A stretch of 64,000 nucleotides of DNA from an uncultured delta proteobacterium. Lineage in GTDB: Bacteria; Myxococcota_A; Polyangia; Fen-1088. Where the stretch lies: NCBI GenBank assembly GCA_963755125.1, contig CAVWIP010000012.1, forward strand, positions 192,001 through 256,000, given 5' to 3'. Both the position numbers and the translations under genes were made by a program. Under the pieces are notes generated by a model, which was given only the letters and a program-made list of their open reading frames with translations, was not told where the DNA came from and did not search any database. Shown one piece after another: positions 18,538-30,763 of this stretch (the stretch's first letter is position 1; each line of letters opens with the position of its first letter).

Positions 18538-20166
18538 ATGACGGTTGACCTGGGCATTTCCGTTGACGACTCGGCCGAGGACGCTGGTTCCGCGGGCCAG
18601 CGGTTCGGATTCACACTGAGCACCGAAAGCCCACGCATCCTGGTCGTTGACGACGAGCGTGTAATTCGCGAGATGCTGTCGGACTTCCTCGGCCTCGAGG
18701 GTTACGTCGTGCGCACCGTGGAGGACGGCGTGCAGGCTTTGGAGGAACTGCAGCGGCGCAGCTACAACCTCGTCATCTCGGATCTGAAGATGCCCAACAT
18801 GAGTGGCCTCGAGTTGATCGAGAAGATCACCGAGTTGGGGATTCCCGTGCTGACCGTCATCATGACTGGATTCGGCACGGTCGAGACTGCCATCGAAGCA
18901 ATGAAGCACGGTGCCTACGACTACGTGCTCAAGCCCTTTCGCGTAGAGGAGGTCGTCCACACGGTGCAGCGTGGACTCGACCGGCAGCGCCTGCAGCACG
19001 AGAACCTGCGCCTCAAAGATGCCCTGTCCATCTATAAAATCAGCGAGGCCATCGCGACCTCGCTTTCAGTCGAGCGGGTGCTTGATCTGGTCCTCGATGC
19101 GGTGCTCGATGCAGTCAGTGCCGACGTGGCCAATCTGCTGCTGGAAAAGCCGCAGCCCGACCGCCGTCCCGGCGATCCGCTAGGGCCATTCGTCGAGCAC
19201 GCGCGCAAGGTGTCGCCACGCTTCGGGCCGGCAGACACGGCGCCACCCCTGAACTTCGCCGAGGTTTTCCCGCTGTTTCAGGAGGACAAGCCCCTGCTCG
19301 CGCATGGCGCCCGCGCGCACCGCTTCTTGCTCGGCCCACCTGAAAAGCGCCTGGTCAGCTTCTGTTCCATCCCGCTCAAGCTCAAGGGACGCATCATCGG
19401 CATGCTGAGCGCGTACAGCTACAGCAAGGGCGCCAAGTTCAGCGAAGGCCAGCGCAAGATGCTCTATGTGCTCGGCAGTCGCGCCGCCGTATCCATCGAG
19501 AACGCACGTCTGTACGAGAGCCTGGTCGACACCAACAAGGATCTCAGCCTGGCCAATGTCTCGCTGGAGGAGAACTTTCGTCAGACCATCATCGGCTTTG
19601 CCCACGCTCTGGAAGAGTCGGATCGCTACACCCGCGGCCATTCGGAGCGCGTTTCGACCTACGCGCGCCTCATCGCAATGGGCATGCGCATGCCCGAGGC
19701 GGAGATCGAGACCATCGTAAAGGTCGGCCTCTTGCACGACGTGGGCAAGATCGGCATTCGCAACGATCGGCTCAACAAGCCGGGCAAGCTCACGCCGGAA
19801 GAGTTGGCCATGTTTCGCTCGCACCCGGCCAAGGGCAAGCGCATCCTGGAGCCGATCCCGTTCATGCGCGACATCGTGCCCGGTTGCTACTGTCACCATG
19901 AGGCGTGGGACGGCTCCGGCTACCCCCAGGGCCTGCGCGCTGACCGAATCCCGCTCATCGGTCGCATCGTTGCAGTGGCAGACGCCTACGACGCCATGAC
20001 CACCGACCGCGCCTATCGGCAGGCCCTGCCACACGCGATCGCGTGTGGCGAGCTTGAGCGCTGCAGCGGCACGCAATTCGACCCCGAGATCGTGCGCGTG
20101 TTCCTGGCGCATATCGAGGAGCACAGGAAGCTCGAGCTTTTGGCCGGCCACAGCCTTCCACGCTGA
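18538..20166 (+). CDS. REC-GAF-HD-GYP response regulator, putative c-di-GMP phosphodiesterase
   Basis: RILVVDDE..SDLKMP receiver, GAF domain, YTRGHSERV, LHDVGKIG, HHEAWDGSGYP, ADAYDAM. Confidence 0.92.
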   Translation: MTVDLGISVDDSAEDAGSAGQRFGFTLSTESPRILVVDDERVIREMLSDFLGLEGYVVRTVEDGVQALEELQRRSYNLVISDLKMPNMSGLELIEKITELGIPVLTVIMTGFGTVETAIEAMKHGAYDYVLKPFRVEEVVHTVQRGLDRQRLQHENLRLKDALSIYKISEAIATSLSVERVLDLVLDAVLDAVSADVANLLLEKPQPDRRPGDPLGPFVEHARKVSPRFGPADTAPPLNFAEVFPLFQEDKPLLAHGARAHRFLLGPPEKRLVSFCSIPLKLKGRIIGMLSAYSYSKGAKFSEGQRKMLYVLGSRAAVSIENARLYESLVDTNKDLSLANVSLEENFRQTIIGFAHALEESDRYTRGHSERVSTYARLIAMGMRMPEAEIETIVKVGLLHDVGKIGIRNDRLNKPGKLTPEELAMFRSHPAKGKRILEPIPFMRDIVPGCYCHHEAWDGSGYPQGLRADRIPLIGRIVAVADAYDAMTTDRAYRQALPHAIACGELERCSGTQFDPEIVRVFLAHIEEHRKLELLAGHSLPR

Positions 20167-20273
20167 GGCCGACCGCGGCCTTCGAGGTTCCGCGCTGAGC
20201 GGGCTGGCGGTGAAGTGGTAGGACGGCGCATGCCCGAATAGCGTATCAGGCGACAAACTTCACCCCGGCGCAC

Positions 20274-20307
20274 AAAGAAAAACCCCGAGGCCGAAGCCCC
20301 GGGGTTT
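20274..20307 (-). terminator. Rho-independent terminator of the giant lipoprotein gene
   Basis: Minus strand AAACCCCGGGGC-TTCG-GCCTCGGGGTTT followed by a T-rich tract, ~40 nt after the stop at 20346. Confidence 0.85.
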
Positions 20308-20345
20308 CACTAGATGATGCTGTCTAGCTCTTAGCTAGGCTTGCC

Positions 20346-23300
20346 CTATGGGCCACCGACCGACATCGCTACGCTTGCCGTGTTGTTCGCGGTCCCGTCC
20401 GTCACGGTGAGCGAGGCGGTCTGTGCGGTAGTAGTGGAGACGGTTCCGATGAACGTCACCGTAACCGTGCAATTACCGGTGCTGAGGGGTGTTCCGTAGC
20501 AGGTGTCGTCGGTTATTGCGAATGCGGTAGCGTTCGTTCCACCGAGGGCCTCCCGGAGGAGTTTGGTCACCTGGCTGCTATTGGCGTTGGTCACAGTGAA
20601 GCTGGCGCTGGGCGGCGTTCCGGCAAGCACCACCGGATTAGTGTTGGAGTTCGGACTGATCGACAGGTCCGACAGACCGGTGCCGGTCAGGGTCACGGGG
20701 TTCGGTGTTGCACCGGCCACAGACACGTTCGTCGTCATCGCTCCCGCTGCCAGCGGAGCGAAATCGATCACGAGCGAACACGAGTTGACTGATCCAGGAT
20801 TGGGAGTAGGCAACGCTACGTAGCCTCCACTGGGGTTAATGCAGGTACTGCTCGGATCGACTGCGAAGTTGGTCGAATCCGACAATTGGACCTGCAGAGG
20901 AGTGGAGGTCTGTCGGGTAACCACCGTATCTCCACCCGAGCCGTTGGTGACAATAATGGTGAGGGCCGTCGTCGGCACACCAACTTGCGTGCTGCCGAAG
21001 TTGGTCGAACTCGGCGGGGTCACGACGAGGCTCACCGGATTGACGACCTCTGCCTGCAGGGAGTAGGTTTCTAGAGAAGTCTCCCCGCTTCCGCCGGTCG
21101 CGGTATCCACCGCCTGAACCGAAAGACCCACATTCGGCCCGAGCACGGAAGTGAGTTGAGAATTCACCACCACCGTGCAGGTCCCACCCGCTGCCAGTGC
21201 AGTGGTTCCGGTTCCGCAGGTCGAGGTTCCGACGGTGGCGAATGTCGAGGTTCCAGTCAATTTCAGGCTGGGAGCGCCAGCCGTGGGGGCTTGACCGACG
21301 TTGCTGATTGTGAACGTCAACGACGGTGTCTGACCCACGAGGATCTGGCCGAAGTCAACAAAGAAGGCCGGCGTCACCCCGGTGATAGTGACCGCGCTGG
21401 TGGCAGTTGCGCTGAGCTGGAGCTGGGCAGGCTGCTGAACCTGGCCGAGGACGCCCAGGATATTACCCTGGGGGCCGCTCACCGCTGCCCAGCGATCGCG
21501 CGTCCCAGTTCCAACCCAACTCATGGGCTTGAATGTCACGGCAAAGGTGCAGAATCCAGCCGGTGCAAGATTCCCTGTGCCGCAAGCGACACCGGCGCCA
21601 GTGGTCGTCGCCTTGGTCAGAGTGAAGTCCCCCTCCGACCCTCCGATCCCTGGTGCAAACGCGATCGCGGCACCTGCAAACGTCGTGGCATCACTGCCCA
21701 GAGCCACGTTGGCGGTCGTGTTGTTGTAGAGCACGAAGTACGCGGTCGTCCCCGTGGTCGAGCCCACAGCGGTGGTCCCTGCGAAGGTATAGAAGGAATT
21801 CGTTCCGCCGACGGGTTGGGCATATACGCTGTTCGAAGTAGCGATCCCGGTGCCCTGCAGGTTCACGTTGACAGCGGCGATAGCCTGGCCGAAGAGGCTC
21901 AGAACTGCCGTTTGCAGTCCAGCGGCCGCCGTCGGGGTGAACTGGACGTTCACGCTACACGTAGCACTCGGAGCAAGCGATCCAACGGTAGTGCAGGTTC
22001 CCGGGTTCTCCGCCAGCGAGAACTGGGTGCCGGTCTGCACCCATGTGGTTTGCAGGCCGACGGCAGGCACCTGACCCAAGTTGGTGAACCACAGGGTGAG
22101 TATGCCTGAGTTTGTACTAACCGGCGCGCTACCGAAATCGATGGACCCGACGGGGGCGGTGGGGCTGCCCAGATCGCCGAAGCCGTACAAAGCGAGCGTA
22201 GCCGGCTTGACAGTGGTGGCCGTGAGCGCCAGGGGCGCAGAGACACCGGTCGGACCGCCCGTGAAGGTGATGCCGGTCGCAACCGGGCCAGTAACACTGG
22301 CGCCGGTAAACACCAGTGTCATCTGGCAGGACGCGCCGCCAGCCAGGACAGTGCCAACGTTGCATGCACTGCTAGTCACCGTGAAGCCCGTCGGAAGTGA
22401 CCCGGCCAGAGCCAAGCTTGCCGCAGTTGCCGCGGTTGCGCCGTTGTTGGTTATCGTGAAGGTCTCTGGCATCTGGGCACCCGTCGCCACATTGCCAAAG
22501 GCGAGTGTCTGGGCGTTGTTGTTCTTCGGGTCGAGAGAGATTGCCGCGCCCGAGAGCGTGAGCTGCGCAGTGGCCGTTCCCTGGATTGGAACAGTGGCCA
22601 ATGTCACCCCGGAGGTGGCGTCCTTCACCGTAAGGTTTGCCGTACGGGGCGTGGTGCTGGGCACTGTCGCATTGTTTGGCGTGAATGCGACCTGGATGGT
22701 GCAGTTTGCACCAGGACTCAACTGCGTGGTGTTCGGAGCACCACAAGAGCCGGCCGGGTAGCTCGTCGCCCCGCTGTTCGAAAGGCTAAAGACCTGGAAG
22801 TTGCTGGTGTCGTCCACCGAATACGTCAACTTGCCTGTAGCCGTCCCCGTGGCCGGATTGGTGATGGTAAAGGTCTTCCACGCGCTGGTGTTGGCCTGGG
22901 CCACCGACCCGAAGTCCACATGAGCAGGCGGCGCTGCGGTCGGCGTGACCGTAACGGCACCGGCCTGGCTGGCGGTCCCGGAGATGGTGGCCTGGGCGGT
23001 TTGTCCCGACCCAGCCGCGGTCACCGTGATCGTCGCGGTCTTGCTCCCAGGCGAGGTCGGAGCAAAGCCAATCTCGATCGTGCACGTGCTGTTGGACGTC
23101 GGGGAAGTAAGTGGAAGCAAGGATACGTCGGGCACCAGTGTCTGGGTTGAGCAATTGTCAGCGATGATTCCAAAGTCGCCGGCATTGGTGCCACCCAGCG
23201 CGACCGTCAACGGACCTTGATTGACGTTACCAACCCCCATGTTAGCCACCGTGAAGGTTTGTTCGTCGGCTAGAGTGAGAGCTGTGATGCTTGTCCCCAC

Positions 23301-25915
23301 GGTAATCGTGGTGGTAAAGACGGGGGCGGCCGGGTTGATCGTCAACGGTCCGCTGGAAATGCCGGTCAGGGTCAGGCTGGCGGCCTGGGCACCGCCTGTG
23401 GTGCTGGCGCTGAGCGTGGCGGTCTTCGCGGTCGTGCTCTGGCCGCTCTGGGGATAGAACATGACGTAGAAGTCGCAGGTCCAGTACGTGTTGGTGGCCT
23501 GACCATCGCCGGTCCCGCTGGCATTCGTCGGTGTGCTCACGTTGGTCACCCACGGGGACGCGCTGTCAGTCGGCGGCAGTGCGAGGGTAGTGCCGGCATT
23601 GCATGGGTTGGTATTGGTCACCGTCCACGGAGCGATGGCATGCACGTCCGTTGGCACTACATAGGTGAAGTCCGGCGGCGTGCCGGCAGCCAATCCAATG
23701 GTGGCCACCGTCGAGATCGCGGCAGAATTAACGTCCCCACGGACGACAGCGCGGTACCGCAGAACGGTCCCCTCGGTGCCATTGGGCTGCATCCCGAAGT
23801 CGAGCCCAGTAACCGGCGGGGTGGTGGTGGAATCAGCCGCCACCGGGATGAGCTGAATCAGTGGCAGGCCCGTTCCCTGAAGCTGGACTTGGTACGTGCC
23901 GCCCTTGCTGCCAGTCACGGTGAGAACCGCTTGGCGCAGGCCAGCGGCGGACGGCGTGAAGGTGACGGCAACGGTGCAGCTTTGTCCAGGCTGAAGGGTG
24001 GTGCAGTTCGTGTTCGCGGCGGAAACTGCAAAATCGGCCGCATTCGCACCCGAAAGAACCTCGGTGATGGTTCCGGAGTCTGTCGTCGCAGTCGCCACCA
24101 GGGTCACCGTGAGAACTTGGAACGGAGAACTGGTCAGAGTTACGGTTGTTTCCGCATATCCGACGACGACATTACCAAAGTTGAGCTGACCCGGCGCCAC
24201 AGTGAGCACGCTCGGAGCCATGCCAGTGCCGTGCAGGGTCGCGCTGCCAGAGAGTGTCCCGTCAGTGACGGTCAAGGTCCCGGTCGCATTCCCGACGACG
24301 GTGGGCGCGAAGTGGACAGCAATCACGCAGGTCTGGGTGGGCTGCAGGGCTGCGGCGCAACCGTTGCCCGAAACCACGAAGCCATTGCCGGGAGCAGACA
24401 CGGTGAGCGCGCCCGTGGCAGCGCCGCCGCCGTTGCTCACGGTAAAGCTGACGTCGGCACTGACGGTATTGAGCGGGATGGAGCCGAAGTCCTTCGAAGA
24501 AGGTGTGATGGTCAGCGCGCCTGGGGGCAGACCGGTGCCCGAGAGCTGGATGGAGCCAGGAGTCCCGCCGGCGTTCGCGACGTTGAGGATCGTGCCGAGC
24601 TGACCAACGGTGGTCGGCTTGAGCGCTACGGAAATCGTGCAGGTCCCGGCTGCGGCGAGCGAGGTGCCGGTGCAGGTATCCGAGCTCGTCACGAACTGCG
24701 GGTCGGCAACGGAAACCGTGAGGGTGCCCGTGGCAGTGGTTCCGCTATTGGTCACAGTGAAGGTCTGGGCCGTGCCGGTGTTGCCAACGACGACTGAGCC
24801 CAGGTTGGCCGTGCCGCTGACGGTGATGGTGGTGGGGCCTACCGAGACGCACGTGAGGTTTGCGCTGACGGTATCCGTAGCCGTGGTGGCGTCCGCGACC
24901 GCGAGAGTTGCAGTCTTCGTCCCGACACTGGTCGGGTTGCAAACAACTTGCACGGTGCAACCAGAGGCACCGGCCAGAGGCGCAAGGCAACCGGGGACCG
25001 TGATCGCGAACTGGTTCGCGTTCGCGCCGGTAAGGGTGGCCGAAACCTGGCCGGTGGACAGGCCGCCGGAGTTGGCAACCCCGAAGGTCACCGCGGCGCT
25101 CTGGGTGCCGTTCGGCGTCTGGAAGGTGGTCGAGGTCGGGGTGATGACCAGCTTGGCCGGGTCGAGAACCGTGGCCGAAACCACGGCGGTCTTGGTCAGC
25201 CCAGCGGCGTTGCAGACCACCGAGTCGGTCTTCTGACCCGACGTGGTCGCCTTGAACGTGAAGCCGACCGTGCAGGACGCGCCGGTAGCAAGCGCGGCCG
25301 GGCAGACCTTGGTCGGGTCAGCCGTGAGGTCCGCACCGCTCACCGAGCAGACGAGATCACTCACAGGGGCCGTGGCCGTCACGGTGACTGCGCCGGGAAC
25401 CACAGCGTTTGTCGCCACCTGTCCGAGGCTGACATCAGCCACGCTGAAATTGCCCGCGGGCACGCCGGTTCCGGACAGGCTGACTGCCAGCGTACCAGTG
25501 ACCGACAACACTCCGCTGACCGGCCCAACCGCCGTCGGGGTGAACACCACCGAGATCTGGCAGGTGCCCTTCGCCGGGACCGAGACGCAGATCTGGCTGA
25601 TGCTGAACGGACCTGTCACGCTCGGCGCGATGGAGACCGCAGTGGCCCCTGCATTGGTGACAGTGATGACCTGAGGCGTCGCGCTGGTGTCTCCGACATC
25701 AACGCTCCCGAAGGTCACGGAAACCGGTGCAATCGTCAGCGTGCTTACTGGTGTGGACGCCCGCTTCCGCGCCCGGTGCAAGACCGCCGTTCTCCCCCCT
25801 GTGGCTTGGCATCGGGGTTGTTACTGCTTCCGCCGCAGCCGGCGACCACGAGCATGCCAACCAGCCCCAAACAAGTGGCCTGGAGCAACCGATCGAAATT
25901 TCTAGAACACGTCAT
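20346..25915 (-). CDS. Giant Thr/Gly/Ala-rich surface lipoprotein with 15 Ig-like (choice-of-anchor D/ASH-type) repeats; 5' end frameshifted near 25755-25790
   Basis: 1811-aa ORF with a recurring FGxV..T(F/I)TVTNxG..C..LxxGxxCTxxVxFxP pattern. The upstream frame has a GGAGG RBS, ATG 25915 and lipobox LVVAG-C. Confidence 0.8.
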
Positions 25916-26364
25916 GGAATAGCCTCCGTCAATAACCCAAGTGTTGTTTCGCAAAGCGTGCGCGATGCAGCAGCGGGAACAGTTTTGGGGCAGCAGCCTG
26001 TGGAATCAAGAAAAAAAAGGCAGCCACGGCGGATTCTTACCCAAAAGCCACCGCGTTTTGGACGGAAGTGTAGGTGCAGTCGGTACAGACCCCTGGATCT
26101 CCGCCAGATGCGCACTGGAAGTTCGGAAGCTGATGTCAGCAATGTGGTGGATGTTACAGGTTTCGCTCCAGGTGAGATCATCGCTAGGTGCGAAGGCTGG
26201 GTTAGCTCTTCTGTGCAGTGGGCTTTCCCCGTCGGAAAATGCTGGCCAAGTCTACGATCCCCCAGCACCGCACTCGCGGCTTCACTGCGTGCGCGGCGGG
26301 ATTCGCGTAGTCTCTGCAGCCGTGACTTGCCTCCCGTGACTTGCTAGTTTGCGCATCCAGCGAC

Positions 26365-29046
26365 ATGGACAACATCGAAGGCTCCACGCCTCCTCCGGCA
26401 ACCCCGCCTGCACCCCCGCCACCGCCGGCCAACATCGGGCTACGCATCCCGGTCGCGATCGAAGAGGAGATGAAGTCCTCGTTCATGGACTACGCCATGA
26501 GCGTGATCGTGGCGCGCGCGTTGCCCGACGCGCGCGACGGACTCAAGCCAGTGCACCGGCGTATCCTTTATACGCAGCACCTGATGAACAACTTGTGGAA
26601 CCGACCGTACATCAAGTGTGCGCGCGTGGTCGGGGATGTCTTGGGCAAGTTCCATCCCCACGGCGATACCGCCTGCTACGACGCCCTGGTCCGGCTGGCG
26701 CAGGACTTTTCCATGCGCTACCCGCTCATCGACGGGCAGGGCAACTTCGGATCGGTGGACGGCGATCCGCCGGCCGCCTACCGCTACACCGAGTGCCGCA
26801 TGGAGAAGATCGGCCAGGAACTGCTGGCCGACATCGACAAGCAGACGGTCGAATTCCAGCCCAACTACGACGACAAGGAAACCGAGCCCACGGTTCTGCC
26901 CACGCGCCTGCCCAATCTGCTGGTCAACGGCGCCTCCGGCATCGCGGTGGGCATGGCCACCAACATCCCCCCGCACAACCTGCGCGAGATCGTCGACGCG
27001 ACCATCGCGGTCATCCGCAACCCGGACATCGATGTGGACGATCTCATCGAAATCGTTCCGGGGCCCGACTTCCCCACCGCCGGAATCATCTGCGGCCGCA
27101 ACGGCATCCGCCAGGCCTACGAAGCGGGCCGCGGCAGCATCCTGGTGCGGGCCCGGACCTCGGTGGAGGAGCACCCGAAGAGCGGGCGCAAGTCCATCGT
27201 GGCCACCGAGATCCCGTATCAGGTCAACAAAGCCAAGCTCATCGAAAAAATCGCCGAGTTGGTGCGCGAGAAGAAGATCGACGGCATCTCCGACGTGCGC
27301 GACGAGTCGGACCGCGAGGGTATGCGGGTCGTGGTGGATCTGAAGAAGGACGCCGTGCCCGAGGTGGTGATGAACAACCTGTGGAAGATGACGCCTCTGC
27401 AGGAATCGTTCGGCATCAACGTACTGGCCATTGTCGACGGGCGACCGCAGACGCTGTCGCTCAAGCAAGCGCTGCAGCAGTTCATCCAGCATCGGCGTGA
27501 TGTGGTTACCCGACGCACGCAGTTCGACCTGCAACAGGCGCAGGCACGCATGCACATCCTGCAGGGCCTGAAGATTGCCGTCGACAACATCGACGCGATC
27601 ATCGACCTCATCCGGTCATCGAAGGACACCGAAACGGCTAAGGCGGGCCTGATGCAGAACTTCGACCTGTCCGCCATCCAGGCGCAGGAAATCCTCAACA
27701 TGCGTCTGGCCAAGCTGACCGGACTGGAGCGCGACAAGCTGCTGGCCGAGATCAAGGAAACCGCCGAGTTGATCGCGCGCCTGGAAGCCATCCTGGCCAG
27801 CGACGCCGTGCTGGTCGGGGTCGTGGTGTCGGAGCTGGAAGAGGTGCGCAAGCTGTATGGCGATGACCGGCGCACCGAGATTCTGGACATCGACGTCGAC
27901 ATCGACATCGAAGACATGATCGCGCACGAGGATATGGTGGTGACGGTCACCCACGGCGGCTACGTCAAACGCAATCCACAAGGCCAGTACCGGGCGCAGC
28001 GACGGGGCGGACGCGGCATCACGGGCGCCAGCACCCACGAGGAGGACTTCGTGTCCCAGCTCTTCGTGGCGTCGACCCATGACACCTTGTTGATGTTCAC
28101 CAGCAAGGGGCGGGTCTACGCGCGAAAGATCTGGGAAATCCCGCAGGCAGGGCGAACCGCCAAGGGCAAGGCCTTCGTGAACCTGATTCCTTTGCAAGAA
28201 GGTGAACGGGTGGTGGCCTTGCAGCCGGTGCGCGAGTTCTCCGAGGGCGCCTTCGTGGTCATGGCCACCATGCGTGGCCTGATCAAGAAGACCTCACTGC
28301 AGGCCTTTGCCAACATCCGTTCGTCGGGCATCATCGCGCTCACTATCCAGGATGACGATGCGCTGGTCGGGCTGCGCATCACCGAGGGATCGTCCGATCT
28401 GCTGCTGGGCACGCGCAACGGCTGGGCCATCCGTTTCCGTGAAGCCAACGTCCGGCCCATGGGTCGGGCGGCGCGCGGGGTGCGCGGCATTCGCCTGCGC
28501 GATCGCGATGACTTCGTCGTCGGCATGGCGGCCTTGCCGCCGGATCGGCCAGCCACGCTGCTCACGGTTTGCGAGCACGGGTTCGGCAAGCGCACCACGA
28601 CGTCGGACTATCCGACCAAGAATCGCGGCGGCAAGGGCGTGATCACCATCAAGACCACGGAGCGTAATGGCAAAGTCATCGGCCTGCGCCTGGTCACCGA
28701 CGAGGACGATCTGATGTTGATCACCAGTGCGGGCAAGTTGATCCGTATGCCGGTGGACGGTATTCCCACCATCGGACGCAACACCCAGGGCGTGCGCCTG
28801 ATTCGCCTGGAAGAAGCGGAAACCGTGGTGGCCATGGAACGTCTGGCCGAGATGGAAGAAGGGGAGCGCGAGGTTTCGCCCGAGGTGGCTGCGGCACGCG
28901 CCGAGAAGCAAACCCTGGCGGAAGAGGATCTGGGCGAGGAGGCGGCCGACGACGAGGATGCCGACGACGAGGAAAGTGACGACGCCGAAGACGAGAGCGG
29001 CGACGAAGGCGGCGAGGACAGCGGCAACGAACCGAAGGTTAATTAG
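26365..29046 (+). CDS. gyrA: DNA gyrase subunit A
   Basis: [21 protein letters not shown], GyrA-box QRRGGRG, acidic C-terminal tail. Confidence 0.98.
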   Translation: MDNIEGSTPPPATPPAPPPPPANIGLRIPVAIEEEMKSSFMDYAMSVIVARALPDARDGLKPVHRRILYTQHLMNNLWNRPYIKCARVVGDVLGKFHPHGDTACYDALVRLAQDFSMRYPLIDGQGNFGSVDGDPPAAYRYTECRMEKIGQELLADIDKQTVEFQPNYDDKETEPTVLPTRLPNLLVNGASGIAVGMATNIPPHNLREIVDATIAVIRNPDIDVDDLIEIVPGPDFPTAGIICGRNGIRQAYEAGRGSILVRARTSVEEHPKSGRKSIVATEIPYQVNKAKLIEKIAELVREKKIDGISDVRDESDREGMRVVVDLKKDAVPEVVMNNLWKMTPLQESFGINVLAIVDGRPQTLSLKQALQQFIQHRRDVVTRRTQFDLQQAQARMHILQGLKIAVDNIDAIIDLIRSSKDTETAKAGLMQNFDLSAIQAQEILNMRLAKLTGLERDKLLAEIKETAELIARLEAILASDAVLVGVVVSELEEVRKLYGDDRRTEILDIDVDIDIEDMIAHEDMVVTVTHGGYVKRNPQGQYRAQRRGGRGITGASTHEEDFVSQLFVASTHDTLLMFTSKGRVYARKIWEIPQAGRTAKGKAFVNLIPLQEGERVVALQPVREFSEGAFVVMATMRGLIKKTSLQAFANIRSSGIIALTIQDDDALVGLRITEGSSDLLLGTRNGWAIRFREANVRPMGRAARGVRGIRLRDRDDFVVGMAALPPDRPATLLTVCEHGFGKRTTTSDYPTKNRGGKGVITIKTTERNGKVIGLRLVTDEDDLMLITSAGKLIRMPVDGIPTIGRNTQGVRLIRLEEAETVVAMERLAEMEEGEREVSPEVAAARAEKQTLAEEDLGEEAADDEDADDEESDDAEDESGDEGGEDSGNEPKVN

Positions 29047-29058
29047 GGCCGAGAGCGC

Positions 29059-30339
29059 ATGCGAAAGACCACAAGCTCCACGGCGCTGTTTGAACGCGCC
29101 CAAAGACTGTTTCCAGGCGGCGTGAACTCGCCGGTCCGGGCCTTCACGGCGGTGGGCGGCACGCCTGTCTTTCTCGCGCGCGGTCAGGGCGCCCGGGTGT
29201 GGGACGCCGACGGGAACAGCTACTTGGATTTCTTGGGCTCCTGGGGCCCGCTCATCCTGGGCCACGCTGATCCCGATGTGGTGGCGGCCATCGAGGCCGC
29301 GGCCCGCCACGGGACATCCTTCGGCGCCTCGACCGAGCGCGAGGTCCTGCTGGGCGAAGCGATTCGGGACGCTGTGCCGTCGATGCAGCGGATGCGCTTC
29401 GTGTCCTCGGGGACCGAGGCCACGATGTCTGCCCTGCGCGTGGCACGCGGCCACACCGGTCGTGCCAAGATCATCAAGGTCGAGGGTGGCTACCACGGCC
29501 ACGCCGACGCCCTGCTAGCCGCTGCCGGGTCCGGTGTGGCCACGCTCGGCCTGCCTGGCTCCGTGGGCGTCACCGGAGGCGCGGTCGCCGATACCGTCGT
29601 CGTCCCTTTTAATGATGAGGCGGCCATGGAAGCCGCTTTCGCAGCCCACCACGTGGCGGCGGTCGTCGTCGAACCAATCCCGGCAAACATGGGTCTGGTG
29701 CTCCCCAGGCCAGGCTACCTGATGGCCTTGCGTCAGATGTGTGATGCGTACTGCTCGCTGCTGATCTTCGACGAGGTCATTTCGGGCTTCAGGGTCGGCC
29801 GCGGCGGTGCCCAGGCGATCTTCGGTGTACGCCCGGACATGACCTGCTTGGGTAAGATCGTGGGTGGCGGCCTGCCCCTGGGGGTATACGGTGGACAGAG
29901 CGTGGTCATGTCTGAGGTCGCGCCTGAAGGTCCCGTGTATCAGGCTGGCACACTTTCCGGCAACCCACTGGCCATGGCCGCCGGGCTGGCCGTCTTGCGC
30001 AAATTGGACCAGTCCGCCTACAACCGGCTTGAATTGCTTGGCCAGCGCCTCGAGGCCGGCATCAGAAGTGCTCTGGCGGCCTCTGGCGTAGCAGCGCAGT
30101 TCCATAGAGTGGGTTCGGCATTCACATTGTTCTTCAGTGCCGAGCCAGTGACGGACTTTGCATCGGCCAAGCGCGCCGACGTCGGGCGCTACGCCCACTT
30201 CTTCCATGAAATGCTCGACCGTGGCATCTACCTGCCGCCTGCCCAACTTGAAACCGGGTTCATCTCCCTGGCGCACCAGGAGGATGACATCAACGCCTTT
30301 GTCGCAGGCAGCCGCGAAGCCCTGGCCACGATTCGCTAG
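29059..30339 (+). CDS. hemL: Glutamate-1-semialdehyde 2,1-aminomutase
   Basis: PGGVNSPVRAF, SGTEATMSA, GYHGH, FDEVISGFR, GKIVGGGLP, YQAGTLSGNP. Confidence 0.97.
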   Translation: MRKTTSSTALFERAQRLFPGGVNSPVRAFTAVGGTPVFLARGQGARVWDADGNSYLDFLGSWGPLILGHADPDVVAAIEAAARHGTSFGASTEREVLLGEAIRDAVPSMQRMRFVSSGTEATMSALRVARGHTGRAKIIKVEGGYHGHADALLAAAGSGVATLGLPGSVGVTGGAVADTVVVPFNDEAAMEAAFAAHHVAAVVVEPIPANMGLVLPRPGYLMALRQMCDAYCSLLIFDEVISGFRVGRGGAQAIFGVRPDMTCLGKIVGGGLPLGVYGGQSVVMSEVAPEGPVYQAGTLSGNPLAMAAGLAVLRKLDQSAYNRLELLGQRLEAGIRSALAASGVAAQFHRVGSAFTLFFSAEPVTDFASAKRADVGRYAHFFHEMLDRGIYLPPAQLETGFISLAHQEDDINAFVAGSREALATIR

Positions 30340-30394
30340 CGGTCAGTGCCTTTTTGCGGTAAGAGACGCCTCCTTCCGGGAGACAGATCAAGCC

Positions 30395-30763
30395 ATGCCA
30401 CAGAAGAGTCCGCTTTCGCTCGTCAATGAAACCTTTGGCGCCAAGGACAAGCTGGTAGACAAGCTTGTCGCCATGCTCGATCGGGATGAGGAGCCCAAGG
30501 CCGATCTGCGCAAGCGGCTGCTGGCCGCAGCGAACAGCAAGCTGCTCAACCTTCACCGCGTCGCCACGGCGGTGAAAGAGAAGTTCGGTTCGCGCGACAA
30601 GTTGGTTGCCCAGGCTGCGCTGCTGCTTGGTCACAGCAAGGACAAGGATTTTCTGGCCCGGCTCGACAACCAGTCCGACGCGCGCCTGCTCGATCTGGTC
30701 ACCGCTGCCGAGCGCAGGGCCAAGAAGGCTTCTGCCAAGCCGAAAAACAAACCCGCCTCGTAG
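30395..30763 (+). CDS. Small basic hypothetical protein with an internal duplication
   Basis: ATG 30395 after GGGAG; two similar halves (VNETFGAKDKLV..NSKLLNL and VKEKFGSRDKLV..DARLLDL); typical codon usage. Confidence 0.75.
   Translation: MPQKSPLSLVNETFGAKDKLVDKLVAMLDRDEEPKADLRKRLLAAANSKLLNLHRVATAVKEKFGSRDKLVAQAALLLGHSKDKDFLARLDNQSDARLLDLVTAAERRAKKASAKPKNKPAS

Noticed and set aside
25916..26364. c-di-GMP riboswitch or sigma54 promoter upstream of the giant lipoprotein
   Set aside because: No recognisable riboswitch consensus or well-spaced TGGCAC-N5-TTGC motif found by eye.
26640..26685. GyrA QRDR reading GDTACYD as acquired quinolone resistance
   Set aside because: Thr at the position equivalent to E. 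coli 83 is a natural variant in many bacteria and Asp87 is retained.
28920..29040. GAC/GAG-rich low-complexity tract
   Set aside because: Encodes the ordinary acidic GyrA C-terminal tail; not an independent repeat.
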